This document shows positions 1 to 9,743 of a DNA stretch of 64,000 nt, in pieces. The stretch lies in the NCBI GenBank assembly GCA_964454445.1, contig CAYVTD010000001.1, positions 62,121-126,120 of the forward strand, given 5' to 3'. Within the stretch, counting starts at the first letter, position 1, and every line of letters begins with the position of its first letter. This DNA comes from an uncultured Hyphomicrobiales bacterium (GTDB lineage: Bacteria > Bacteroidota > Ignavibacteria > Kapaibacteriales > UBA2268). The position numbers and the translations under genes were made by a program. A model generated the notes under the pieces. That model had not been told where the DNA came from, searched no databases, and saw only the letters and a program-made list of their open reading frames with translations.

Positions 1-942
1 TACCAATTCAGCTATGGGCGCCATCTGCTGACCCCATCTCATTTTGCTTATGTAAAAATCTCTGACGGATGCAGCCATAAATGCTCTTTTTGTGCCATAC
101 CTTTGATAAAAGGCAAGCATCTTTCGCGCTCAGAAGAAGAAATCGTAGCAGAAGCAGAAACTCTGGTTTCCAATGGAGTAAGAGAAATTATCCTAATTGC
201 CCAAGATTCAACTTATTATGGAATGGATATATATCAGCAGCGACGCCTTCCACAATTAGTTGAAAGATTGAGCGATATTCCCAATTTAAAATGGCTCAGG
301 ATAATGTACCTTTTCCCTTTGAATTTCCCTTGGCATCTCATCGAAATTATGTCAGAAAGAAAGAATATATGCAATTATATAGACATACCTTTACAACATG
401 TTTCAGAGCGGATTTTGTCTTCGATGCAAAGACCAATCCCGAAAATGGAACTTTTTAAAATGATTGCGCGTTTCAGAAAACTTATCCCTGATATTGCCCT
501 CAGAAGCACCTTTATAACAGGCTATCCAGGCGAAACTCAGGCTGAACACAAGGAATTAATGGATTTTCTTGCAGAAGCTCAATTAGACCGCGTAGGAGTT
601 TTCAAATATTCACAAGAAGAAAACACTAATGCTTTTTCGCTGAAAGATAATGTACCAGCAAAAACAAAGGAAAAACGACTCGAAGAATTGATGCTTTTGC
701 AGCAGGAAATATCGTTGAAAAAGAATAAACTGCTAATCGGCAGTACAAAGAAGGTCAAAATAGATTTTGAAGAAAAAGACCATTACTTGTGCCGTAGTCA
801 GCACGAAGCGCCTGATATTGATATTGGAATTATCTTAAAAAAAACCGAAAAAGCAAAGCCCGGCGATTTCCTTGAAATAAAAGTTACAAATGCCGAAGCT
901 TATGATATTTATGGGGATATTATTTCAATTAATAAAGGATAA
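1..942 (+). CDS. MiaB/RimO-family radical-SAM methylthiotransferase, 3' portion; the gene starts upstream of the window
   Basis: Frame 1 is open from base 1 and encodes ISDGCSHKCSFCAIP, a CxxxCxxC radical-SAM cluster motif. The C-terminus looks like a TRAM domain. The listed ORF at 103..942 is only the first Met within a longer open frame. RimO and MiaB cannot be told apart without the N-terminus. Confidence 0.7.
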   Translation, partial: YQFSYGRHLLTPSHFAYVKISDGCSHKCSFCAIPLIKGKHLSRSEEEIVAEAETLVSNGVREIILIAQDSTYYGMDIYQQRRLPQLVERLSDIPNLKWLRIMYLFPLNFPWHLIEIMSERKNICNYIDIPLQHVSERILSSMQRPIPKMELFKMIARFRKLIPDIALRSTFITGYPGETQAEHKELMDFLAEAQLDRVGVFKYSQEENTNAFSLKDNVPAKTKEKRLEELMLLQQEISLKKNKLLIGSTKKVKIDFEEKDHYLCRSQHEAPDIDIGIILKKTEKAKPGDFLEIKVTNAEAYDIYGDIISINKG

Positions 943-948
943 AAAAAT

Positions 949-1611
949 ATGAGAACGAAACTTGTAATTCTTAGCTTGTTGATTTTTTCCTATACATCAT
1001 TATGTGCTGAAGATACTCAACCAGAAGATAATAATCAGCGTACGACATTGATACCACTTGCAGTCGGTAACGAATGGCATTATAAAAGAAACTATGATTT
1101 CGATAAAGATGCTGACGGTCAGAAAATACCATTAATACCAAAAAATTCTTTTATCAATGAAAAAATAATTCGAATGGAAAAACTGGAAGATATTGTGAAA
1201 GGTGAAGACTCAACTGAGTTTTATGTTACTATTGATTCATTGATACCCGATTCAAAAAGAAATATTCTTTTTGGATATGCAAAAGCAAAAAGTAATGTAA
1301 TTTATATGAAAATTTATTGGAAACATAGCAACAGCTATAAATCTGAACCGCTACGTTTTTTCCCTGACATTCCATCAAGCAAAAATTATGATAAAAATGA
1401 CCCGGAAAAATTTCGTTGGCTCGATGATATGAAACAAATAACCATTCCTTCGGGTACTTATAATTGCTATCAATTAATTAATAATGAAGCAGCAGAATAT
1501 TACGCTCCCGGCATCGGATTTATTGCACGTGAAGATGTATTCATCTTAGGAACGCGAAAACAAACTATTGTTCTAATAGATTACAAACTAGCTCAGACTG
1601 AAGAGAAATAG
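949..1611 (+). CDS. hypothetical secreted protein
   Basis: N-terminal signal peptide MRTKLVILSLLIFSYTSLCA. Starts 7 bp after the upstream stop, so probably co-transcribed. No recognisable motif. Confidence 0.4.
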   Translation: MRTKLVILSLLIFSYTSLCAEDTQPEDNNQRTTLIPLAVGNEWHYKRNYDFDKDADGQKIPLIPKNSFINEKIIRMEKLEDIVKGEDSTEFYVTIDSLIPDSKRNILFGYAKAKSNVIYMKIYWKHSNSYKSEPLRFFPDIPSSKNYDKNDPEKFRWLDDMKQITIPSGTYNCYQLINNEAAEYYAPGIGFIAREDVFILGTRKQTIVLIDYKLAQTEEK

Positions 1612-1717
1612 TTTTCTCTATAAAAATTATTTCATTCATTTAAGAAACATTTTTATAATTTCACTATATTTGCTTAATAATATTATAACATTTTGTATTA
1701 CATAACCAAAGGTTAAC

Positions 1718-2704
1718 ATGATCGATTTATCAACAAAATACGCAGGATTAGAGCTACAAAGCCCAATTATCGCTTCGAGCTCAGGTCTAACCGATAGTAT
1801 AGATTCAATAAAAAAAATCGAAAAATACGGAGGAGGCGCTGTAGTCGTAAAATCGATTTTCGAAGAGGAAATCTTGATGGAGGCAGACAAAGCAATCGCC
1901 GAGAAAATGAATAATCACTATTTGAAAGAAACTTTTGACTACATCGACAGTCACTTGAAAGGTATGAGAATCGACGAGTATATAAGATTGATTTCTGGTG
2001 CAAAAAAAGCAGTCCGAATTCCAATAATTGCTTCTATTAACTGCACATCTAAATATGAATGGCCCTATTTTGTACATAGAATCCAAGAAGCCGGCGCCGA
2101 TGCTCTCGAATTGAATATGTTCCTGCTTCCCTCCGACGAAGATAAATCGAGCGCAGACAACGAAAATCAGTATTTTGAAATCATCGAAAGTGTTCGCAAT
2201 GTTTCAAAAATTCCATTAACATTGAAAATCAGTTTCTACTTCTCGAGCCTTGCCCAAATGATAAAGCGACTTTCAGAAACGGAAATTTCTGCTATTGTTT
2301 TGTTCAACCGTTTTTACAGTCCCGATTTTGACCTCGATAGCTTCAAAGTAATGTCAACAAATGTGCTTAGCTCGCCCGATGAAATTTCTATTTCATTACG
2401 CTGGATTTCCATAATGTCCGGCAGAATTAAATGCGATTTAGCCGCCTCGACTGGAGTGAATAATGGCTTGGCTGCAATAAAACAAATTGCAGCAGGAGCA
2501 AAGGCAGTGCAAGTAGCATCAGCACTCTATAAAAACGGAATTCCATATATTGCCGATATGCTCGATGAGATGCGCACTTGGATGACTCAAAAAGGATTCG
2601 AGAAACTTGATGATTTCCGTGGCAAAATGAGTCAAAAGCAAAGTGGTAATCCGGCAGCTTATGAAAGAATTCAGTTTATGAAATATTTCGGCGGCATACA
2701 GTAA
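1718..2704 (+). CDS. dihydroorotate dehydrogenase (DHO_dh) family TIM-barrel flavoprotein
   Basis: Glycine-rich FMN-binding C-terminal pattern (AASTGVNNGLAAIKQIAAGAKAVQVASALY) and class-1 DHOD/PreA-like overall layout, ~328 aa. Confidence 0.5.
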   Translation: MIDLSTKYAGLELQSPIIASSSGLTDSIDSIKKIEKYGGGAVVVKSIFEEEILMEADKAIAEKMNNHYLKETFDYIDSHLKGMRIDEYIRLISGAKKAVRIPIIASINCTSKYEWPYFVHRIQEAGADALELNMFLLPSDEDKSSADNENQYFEIIESVRNVSKIPLTLKISFYFSSLAQMIKRLSETEISAIVLFNRFYSPDFDLDSFKVMSTNVLSSPDEISISLRWISIMSGRIKCDLAASTGVNNGLAAIKQIAAGAKAVQVASALYKNGIPYIADMLDEMRTWMTQKGFEKLDDFRGKMSQKQSGNPAAYERIQFMKYFGGIQ

Positions 2705-2990
2705 GAAAGTGTTTCATTATATAATTACTGATATTTACACCGGTTTACGCGACAAGCCACATTTTACCTTTAAAATCCAATTGTAATGATTAGTATTATT
2801 ATTGTAATGATTGGATTATTGATTGTAAGAAATAATATTTTAATTTCAATACTTTATATTATATTCTCATTATTTTATTTTTTTATGGTATGTATTAATT
2901 TATTATTTGTAATATAATATATATTATATTTTTTCATAATTATATTCTTTGTATATTATAATATATTTTTTACAATAATTATTATATTAT

Positions 2991-3791
2991 TTATTCGTTT
3001 TTATTAAATAATAAACAGACTAAGAATATGAATGCCTGAATTAAGATTATTGTTGCGCCACTTGGGATATCAATAAGATAAGAGAATATTAATCCAAGTA
3101 AGGAGCTAATTGTTCCAAACAATATTGCAATGATGGTCATACTGCGAAATGTGCTTACGATAAGGCGTGCAGAGGCGGCTGGAATGATTAGATATGCGGC
3201 AATTAATACTATTCCGACTAATTTAATTGATACAACGATAGTTATTGATATTAATATTCCTAATAAATAATTATCAAATATAATATTTTGTTTGCAAGTG
3301 CGGGCTAATTCTTCATCAAATGAGGCATAAGACCAGCGACCCCAGAATTTAATATTTACAATGATTGTAATCATCGTTAATATTGATGCTATAATTATAT
3401 CAAACCACGAAACAGCCAGAATACTTCCAAATAAATATGTAAAAGCATCGCTCGAATAGTCTTCTTTTAATGATAAAAATATTACGCCAAGAGCCATCGA
3501 AACTGAAAAGATTATTCCAATTAGTGTATCTGCGGCTAATTTTGTGTTTTCTTTTAAATAAGTTATTATAATCGATGCTAAAATCGTAAAAGGGATGGCT
3601 ATATACATTGGTTCTGTTTTTAAAAGCAGTCCCAAAGCAACCCCACCGAATGCAGCGTGTGCCAAACCGCTTCCAAGAAAGCTCATCTTTCGTTGAACTA
3701 TAAATATTCCGTAATAGCTTCCTAAAAAACCGACTAAAATACCGGCTAAAATCGCTCGCTGCATAAATTGCATTGTTAAAATATCTATCAT
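2991..3791 (-). CDS. ABC-3 family metal (Zn/Mn) ABC transporter permease
   Basis: 266 aa, 8-9 hydrophobic helices, ZnuB/MntB/TroCD-like pattern. No ATPase or substrate-binding partner is adjacent. Confidence 0.6.
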   Translation of the reverse strand: MIDILTMQFMQRAILAGILVGFLGSYYGIFIVQRKMSFLGSGLAHAAFGGVALGLLLKTEPMYIAIPFTILASIIITYLKENTKLAADTLIGIIFSVSMALGVIFLSLKEDYSSDAFTYLFGSILAVSWFDIIIASILTMITIIVNIKFWGRWSYASFDEELARTCKQNIIFDNYLLGILISITIVVSIKLVGIVLIAAYLIIPAASARLIVSTFRSMTIIAILFGTISSLLGLIFSYLIDIPSGATIILIQAFIFLVCLLFNKNE

Positions 3792-3809
3792 TTTCTTTGA
3801 TTAATTAAT

Positions 3810-5444
3810 TTATTTATTGCGCTTTATTTTTCTCTTCAATGTTTCTTCGAAATAACTATGTAGAGGGAATATTAAAAGTGCTAAAATGAAATTTATAACA
3901 AGTTTATATAATGGTGTTTGCATTGATATTCTATCAGTAAATGGATCAATTATAACTAAAATAAATTCGAATAATAAAATGAATGTTATAAATATAATTC
4001 CTTCGGCAACACGTATTTTTAATCTGAATTTACCTGTTAGAAATGTAATTACAATCATAAATATAATGAAAATAAATATGCCGCTATATTGTAAAAGGTT
4101 GCGTCTATTTGTTTGTTCTTTGATTTGAGCTTGCATTATTTCATTATGGCGTTTTTCATCGGCAATTTTCTTCTCAAATTTGAATTTAGCCTCTAATGAT
4201 GTTATATCTCTTTCCTTTTCAAGATTAAAAACACTATCTTTAAATTGAACATAAAGTCGAAAATACTTAAGTGCATTTCGGTAATTATTCATTTTAGAAT
4301 TGTATTTATATAATCCCTTATAAATATCTGTCATAAAAGTGATGTTATTGCAATTTTTAGCGAGTGCATTTGCATTTTGGTAAATTGATAATGATTTTTT
4401 ATATTTTCCAATATTGAAATAAAGATCAGCAATATTAATTAATGAAAGAACAATTCCATCGATACGATTTGAGTTGATGAATAATTGTTTCGCTTTATTA
4501 TAATATATAATTGCATCGTTAAATTTGTGTTGTACACTCAAGCAATTACCAATGTTAATCATAATATCAGCGATATTGCTGTTAGAGCCATATTTTTCAA
4601 TAATATTTAATGCCATTGCAAAATACTTAAAAGCTGTATCAGGCATATTTAAACGGTATGAGATATTTCCGAGATTATTATAGGATGAAGCCATGCCCCA
4701 TTCATCATTAATTTTTTTTGTATAGTAGTTAGCCATAATCGAATAGTTAAATGATTCATTCAGTTTTCCAATATTTTTGTAGCTTATTGCTAGATTATTA
4801 AGCAGTGTTCCATAATAATAAATCTGAATTTTACTAATATTTTTATTTACAATCTTTTTAAAATATTCAAGGGATTTAAGATAATAGTATAGAGAGGTAT
4901 TTTGCATTCCTCGATATTCAAATATTTCCCCTATTGATAAGTATGAAATTGCTGTAAGATTAATATTATTTGTTTCTTTAGCTATCGATAAACTTTTGTT
5001 AAAATATTTATTTGCTTCACTTATATTATTATTTAATTCAATAACCCCTCTATAATAATCAGAGATGCCTTCTTCTACTTTCAATGAATTCTTAATACTT
5101 ACTTTTTTTGCCAAATTTATATACTTTATTGCTAATTTATTATCATAATAAGAATAAATCATTGCATAAAGATTATAGGCATCAACAATAATATTAATAT
5201 CATTTTCAGATTTCCCTATTTCAAGTAATTTGCTAGTATAATTAACAGCAGAAGCGGAATCATTTTGTATATACGATATTTCAGCAAGTTCTTTATATTT
5301 ATAAATTTTTGTATTTATTTTAATATCATTTTCATAAGATTTACTAAATATGTGATAAGGAAAAATAATTGTTATCAATGAAGAAAATAAAATAAAAAAA
5401 TATATTTTATTTGTAAATAATCTCATAAAAAAAGGCTTCAACAT
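3810..5444 (-). CDS. TPR-repeat protein with C-terminal transmembrane helices
   Basis: N-terminal hydrophobic segment, repeated TPR-like 34-aa units (AxxYxxLG pattern), and three predicted TM helices in the last ~90 aa. Confidence 0.55.
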   Translation of the reverse strand: MLKPFFMRLFTNKIYFFILFSSLITIIFPYHIFSKSYENDIKINTKIYKYKELAEISYIQNDSASAVNYTSKLLEIGKSENDINIIVDAYNLYAMIYSYYDNKLAIKYINLAKKVSIKNSLKVEEGISDYYRGVIELNNNISEANKYFNKSLSIAKETNNINLTAISYLSIGEIFEYRGMQNTSLYYYLKSLEYFKKIVNKNISKIQIYYYGTLLNNLAISYKNIGKLNESFNYSIMANYYTKKINDEWGMASSYNNLGNISYRLNMPDTAFKYFAMALNIIEKYGSNSNIADIMINIGNCLSVQHKFNDAIIYYNKAKQLFINSNRIDGIVLSLINIADLYFNIGKYKKSLSIYQNANALAKNCNNITFMTDIYKGLYKYNSKMNNYRNALKYFRLYVQFKDSVFNLEKERDITSLEAKFKFEKKIADEKRHNEIMQAQIKEQTNRRNLLQYSGIFIFIIFMIVITFLTGKFRLKIRVAEGIIFITFILLFEFILVIIDPFTDRISMQTPLYKLVINFILALLIFPLHSYFEETLKRKIKRNK

Positions 5445-5447
5445 AAC

Positions 5448-8400
5448 TTATCTTCCCACCAAAACAAAGGCAGCCCAATAATATACATCTTTATATATAT
5501 TCTTCATAGTTTTTACAGCTTTATTAAATGCTTCACGGCTTTCCATTCCATTTAATAAGTTCTGATAAAATAAGGTCATAAGTTTCATTGTTGCTTCATC
5601 GCTGACCGTCCAAAGAGACATAATAACCGATTTGGCTCCAGCAGCCATAAAAGCGCGCTGCATTCCATACACACCCTCTCCATTTTGTGTTTCTCCAAGT
5701 CCTGTTTCGCACGCCGATAATACTACGAGATTCGTTTTATCAAGATTTAGGTTCATAGCTTCATAAGCTGTTAAAATACCATCTTCTTCATTAAGTTCTC
5801 GATAATTATCGGTTAATAACGAGTTTTCTGCACCTGTAAATAAAAGTAATGAGCGCAGTAAAGGATTATCTTCTTTATTATATGCATTACCAAACTGTTT
5901 ACTTGATGAATTTTTATTGAGAAATAATCCGTGCGTGGCAATATGTAATATTTCTGGCGAATTAGTTGCTTTTATTACGCTTTCCAAAGCATCTTTTCCG
6001 ATGTATTTATCAACTTTCCATTTCTTAGATAAAAGCATATTATCAATGGAAATAACTTCTTCTTCTGTTCCTTTTAGTTCTGGTATATTAGAAACCATAT
6101 TTGAATCAGTGTTAAACAGCGGCGAACCGAATAAAACAGCATATTTATCATTGTTTATATGATTATTATATTTACTTTTATGTTTAATTATCTTAGTAAT
6201 ATAAATATTTTCTTTGATTTCTAATAAATCCTTTAAGCTTGTCAATAGTCGGAGATCTCTTTCATCACATAAATATTTAGAATTAACAGGGTTACGGAGC
6301 GAAGCGATATTTATTTGATTGTAACAACCATCGGTAGAAAAATAAATGGTTTTTATTCCTTTGAACTTATCGTTAATAGGTTTCCAAAAGGCATTATAGG
6401 AGTAGTTATCATCAATTTTAAAACGGATAGAACGGGCATAATTCTTCAAATATATATTTTCCATGTCATTACCATTTTTCAATATGACGATATCAAGCGG
6501 TTTACCATTCTTATTTTTATTATTTTTAATGATTATTGCTGCATAAACCACCGAATCAGTTAAATCATTAATGTAAACATTATTTTTGAACTTATTCTTG
6601 ATTTTCCCAAACTTACGGAAACGAATAATCTCGACAGCGGCTTCATTATTGCCGAGACAAGCTGAAATATTTTGCCATTTTATAGTATCTTTATCATGAT
6701 ATTTTGCAAATATTTCTGAGGAAAGAGAAATTTCTTTTTCCAAAGCATTTGCAAGGTTTTCCAATGAATCCAAATTGATTTTCTGCTTGTGAATTTCATC
6801 ATTCGATAAACCATAAAGTTTTGCCAAATAATCTCTTTGAGATTGCCATAACTTAAAAATATCTATCAAATTACTATCACCGCTTGCAAAAATCCTATCT
6901 CGAACTTTCCTCGATGCCGAAAACAGTAAAGCTTTGGTTTTTAACCTGTAATTAATAATATTTTCGATGAAATCATCACTATCTTTGTATTTCGTAGCAA
7001 AATTATTGAATAACTCAAAGCGATTTTTGATTGTTTCATAATATTGAGATTTTTCCTTTTCGCTCATTGAAGGGAAATTTCGTTTTATATTTTCAAGCGT
7101 AATATCCAAAGATTTAAGAAAAAATGATTTTGCCTTTTTCGGATTATTATTTAGGTTGTAGAGGGTTGCCAAATTGAATTTCACAAGAGCATTTAAAGGG
7201 TGAATATCACTGTATGAGGTTTCAATAAGCTTTTCGGCTTGCAAATAATATTGTTCGGCAGCGTGAAAATCTTCTTCTTTTAACTTCAAATCGGCTAAAG
7301 CAGTTAGAAACTCAGAAAAAATTGGGTGATTGCTTCCCAGAGAGCTTTTCGCCGAATCTGCAGCCTCTTTCAGGAGTGTATCAGCAGTGTTATAATTGCC
7401 GGCAAGGATTTCATTTGAAGCTTTATTTCTGAGAAAAGAAGCATATCGATAGTTCGATTTTCCCAAACTTGCGACGAGAGATTGAATTGATATGTCAAAA
7501 TAAGTTCGAGCATCGTCCAATTTACTCATTGCGCTATACAAATTTGCAAGATTGTTTGCCGCACTTGCATATCTGTAATGCGATTTGCCCAAAGTGTTTT
7601 CAATAATATCGATAACAGTTTTGTATAAATCTTCTGCCTTGTCCAAACGCCCCATTTTTTTGTACAAACCAGCCAAATTGCTTATATAAATAGCATAGTA
7701 GAGGTGCTTTACACCAAGTTTTTCCTTAATAATGTCAATAGCTTGTAAATAAAGCTTTTCGGCGGCGGAATACTTGCCTGTAGTTTCGTAAATATCTGCT
7801 AAATTATTTAGTCTGACGGCAGTAGTGGGGTGTCTTTCACCTACTTTTTGTTTCGTTAATTCAATCGATTGCAGCATTAATGCCTCAGCATCAGAATACC
7901 TGCCCATTTGTGCGAACATTTGACTATAATTGTTTAGATAAATGTCCTTATCTGGGTGGACGCCGCCCATTTCGTTATCAATAATTGAAATTAATTCCTT
8001 ATAGACCGGCTCAGAGCGGGAAAGGAGTCCAATCTCATCATAAAGGCGGGCTAAATTGTTCATTGTAGCAATATAATCAGGGTGAATTCTCCCAAAAATC
8101 TCTTTTAAGATTTCAAGTGCCTCAAGATAAAGAGGTTCGACCTGCTCATAACTTCCGATCTTTTTATATAAAATAGCTAAATTGTTTAAAACTTCAGCAA
8201 ACTTGGCGCTTTTTCTATAATATATCCGCTCGCACAAGGCGCTATCTTCCTTTGCCCATTCAAGTGATTTATGGTAATCTGTAATAAAATAAAACAAATC
8301 GGAATAAACTCTTACAGTTTTTTGATAATTCGAATCGAGCTTTCCAAATTCCCGTTCTGCTGCTTGCAATGCTTTCTCGCATATTGGCAAAGCATCTTTA

Positions 8401-8519
8401 TATGACCCATTTTTAAAAAGGACATCAACGCTGTCAGATAATTGCTCCCACTCTTGAGCATAAGTTTTTATGCAGGAAAGAAACAATATGAACAGCATTA
8501 TATATAACAATTTTTGCAT
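5448..8519 (-). CDS. secreted TPR + CHAT-domain (caspase-like) protease
   Basis: Signal peptide, ~10 TPR units, and a C-terminal CHAT domain with His (ILHIATHGLF) and Cys (LVVLSACETGLGE) dyad motifs intact. Confidence 0.7.
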   Translation of the reverse strand: MQKLLYIMLFILFLSCIKTYAQEWEQLSDSVDVLFKNGSYKDALPICEKALQAAEREFGKLDSNYQKTVRVYSDLFYFITDYHKSLEWAKEDSALCERIYYRKSAKFAEVLNNLAILYKKIGSYEQVEPLYLEALEILKEIFGRIHPDYIATMNNLARLYDEIGLLSRSEPVYKELISIIDNEMGGVHPDKDIYLNNYSQMFAQMGRYSDAEALMLQSIELTKQKVGERHPTTAVRLNNLADIYETTGKYSAAEKLYLQAIDIIKEKLGVKHLYYAIYISNLAGLYKKMGRLDKAEDLYKTVIDIIENTLGKSHYRYASAANNLANLYSAMSKLDDARTYFDISIQSLVASLGKSNYRYASFLRNKASNEILAGNYNTADTLLKEAADSAKSSLGSNHPIFSEFLTALADLKLKEEDFHAAEQYYLQAEKLIETSYSDIHPLNALVKFNLATLYNLNNNPKKAKSFFLKSLDITLENIKRNFPSMSEKEKSQYYETIKNRFELFNNFATKYKDSDDFIENIINYRLKTKALLFSASRKVRDRIFASGDSNLIDIFKLWQSQRDYLAKLYGLSNDEIHKQKINLDSLENLANALEKEISLSSEIFAKYHDKDTIKWQNISACLGNNEAAVEIIRFRKFGKIKNKFKNNVYINDLTDSVVYAAIIIKNNKNKNGKPLDIVILKNGNDMENIYLKNYARSIRFKIDDNYSYNAFWKPINDKFKGIKTIYFSTDGCYNQINIASLRNPVNSKYLCDERDLRLLTSLKDLLEIKENIYITKIIKHKSKYNNHINNDKYAVLFGSPLFNTDSNMVSNIPELKGTEEEVISIDNMLLSKKWKVDKYIGKDALESVIKATNSPEILHIATHGLFLNKNSSSKQFGNAYNKEDNPLLRSLLLFTGAENSLLTDNYRELNEEDGILTAYEAMNLNLDKTNLVVLSACETGLGETQNGEGVYGMQRAFMAAGAKSVIMSLWTVSDEATMKLMTLFYQNLLNGMESREAFNKAVKTMKNIYKDVYYWAAFVLVGR

Positions 8520-9644
8520 CTATAACCACTTGTCTCCATTGTTTTTTTGGAGATTTGATACGCATTTTTTCACATCTTGAACCTTGTTTTTCGGGCAAAT
8601 CATTATCGCATCTTCAGAAGCAACAATAACCATATCTTCGAGCCCGGCACCAGCCACCACTATTTTTTTATCAGTATTATTAATTATTATGGAATTTTTA
8701 CAGTCAATCAGGGATGTTGGACCTTCTATGATATTTCCATTATTATCTTTTGTCTTTACCCGTTCTAATGAATCCCAGGAACCAACATCATCCCATTTGA
8801 AAAGTGCTTTAGAAACAACAACCCTTTCCGCTTTTTCCATCAAGGCATAATCGATAGATTCGTTAGGAAACGATTCAAAAATGGGTGCTATTTTCTCATA
8901 AGCATCAGGATAGGCAATATCTGTCCGATTCCTGTATAAATCCGTCATAATATCAATTTGCTCGCCAACCTCAGGGAAATGATTTTTCATAGCTTCTGTA
9001 AATACATCAGACCTCCAAAAAAACATTCCACTATTCCATAAAAAATTACCACTGTTAATAAAAATCTCTGCTGTCTTTGCATCAGGCTTCTCTCGAAAAC
9101 TGATAACAGGTTTTATAAGTTCCGTGTCTGGCTTATCATCGAACGGTTCGGCAACCTCAATATATCCATAGCCTGTTTCGACACGCCAAGGAGTTATTCC
9201 AATCGTTGCAAGCACTGGACGCTTTTCCACATATTCAAAAGTTGCTTTCACTGTCTTAATAAAGCCATCATTAGGATAAATTATCTGGTCGGCAGTTAAA
9301 ACCGCTATTGAGATCTCCTCTGCACTATATTTTTCAGCATAACGACACATAATAAATGCCGCTCCAAGCGCCAAACATGGAGCAGTATTGCGTTTATATG
9401 GTTCTGCTACTATGTTTTCAGGTGGCAACATCGGCAGAGTTCTACGTATTTGTTCGAGCAACTGCCTGCCTGTAATAATAAAAATGTCTTCAGGCGCTAT
9501 CAAGGGACTAATACGCTCAATGCTATCTTCGAGCATTGTTTTATCAGATGCAAGTTTCAATAATTGTTTTGGTTTATTGCGTCTGCTAATGGGCCAGAAA
9601 CGCTCGCCCGAGCCGCCTGCCATAATAATTGCTGTTCTTTTCAT
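8520..9644 (-). CDS. manC: mannose-1-phosphate guanylyltransferase (GDP-mannose pyrophosphorylase)
   Basis: N-terminal IMAGGSGERFWPISR nucleotidyl-transferase motif. ~374 aa without a PMI domain. The stop codon abuts the CHAT gene start. Confidence 0.7.
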   Translation of the reverse strand: MKRTAIIMAGGSGERFWPISRRNKPKQLLKLASDKTMLEDSIERISPLIAPEDIFIITGRQLLEQIRRTLPMLPPENIVAEPYKRNTAPCLALGAAFIMCRYAEKYSAEEISIAVLTADQIIYPNDGFIKTVKATFEYVEKRPVLATIGITPWRVETGYGYIEVAEPFDDKPDTELIKPVISFREKPDAKTAEIFINSGNFLWNSGMFFWRSDVFTEAMKNHFPEVGEQIDIMTDLYRNRTDIAYPDAYEKIAPIFESFPNESIDYALMEKAERVVVSKALFKWDDVGSWDSLERVKTKDNNGNIIEGPTSLIDCKNSIIINNTDKKIVVAGAGLEDMVIVASEDAIMICPKNKVQDVKKCVSNLQKNNGDKWL

Positions 9645-9743
9645 AATTCAATTCAAAAAATTATTATTTGTTTGCAAAAAATTTTATATATCTCATATAA
9701 TTGACATAACAAATTATTATAAGATTTATTTTTAATATACTAT

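Noticed and set aside
2705-2990. 286-bp extremely AT-rich spacer with the 12-bp direct repeat ATTGTAATGATT x2 between convergent genes
   Set aside because: Low-complexity AT-rich sequence with no open frame and no convincing stem-loop. It is most likely a terminator/spacer region rather than an RNA gene or mobile-element end.
5448-8519. Considered whether the TPR-CHAT protein is a type III-E CRISPR Craspase partner or a gasdermin-activating protease
   Set aside because: No cas7-11, csx30/31, CRISPR array or gasdermin-like gene anywhere in the window. The protein has a signal peptide and sits in an envelope and sugar-nucleotide gene context.
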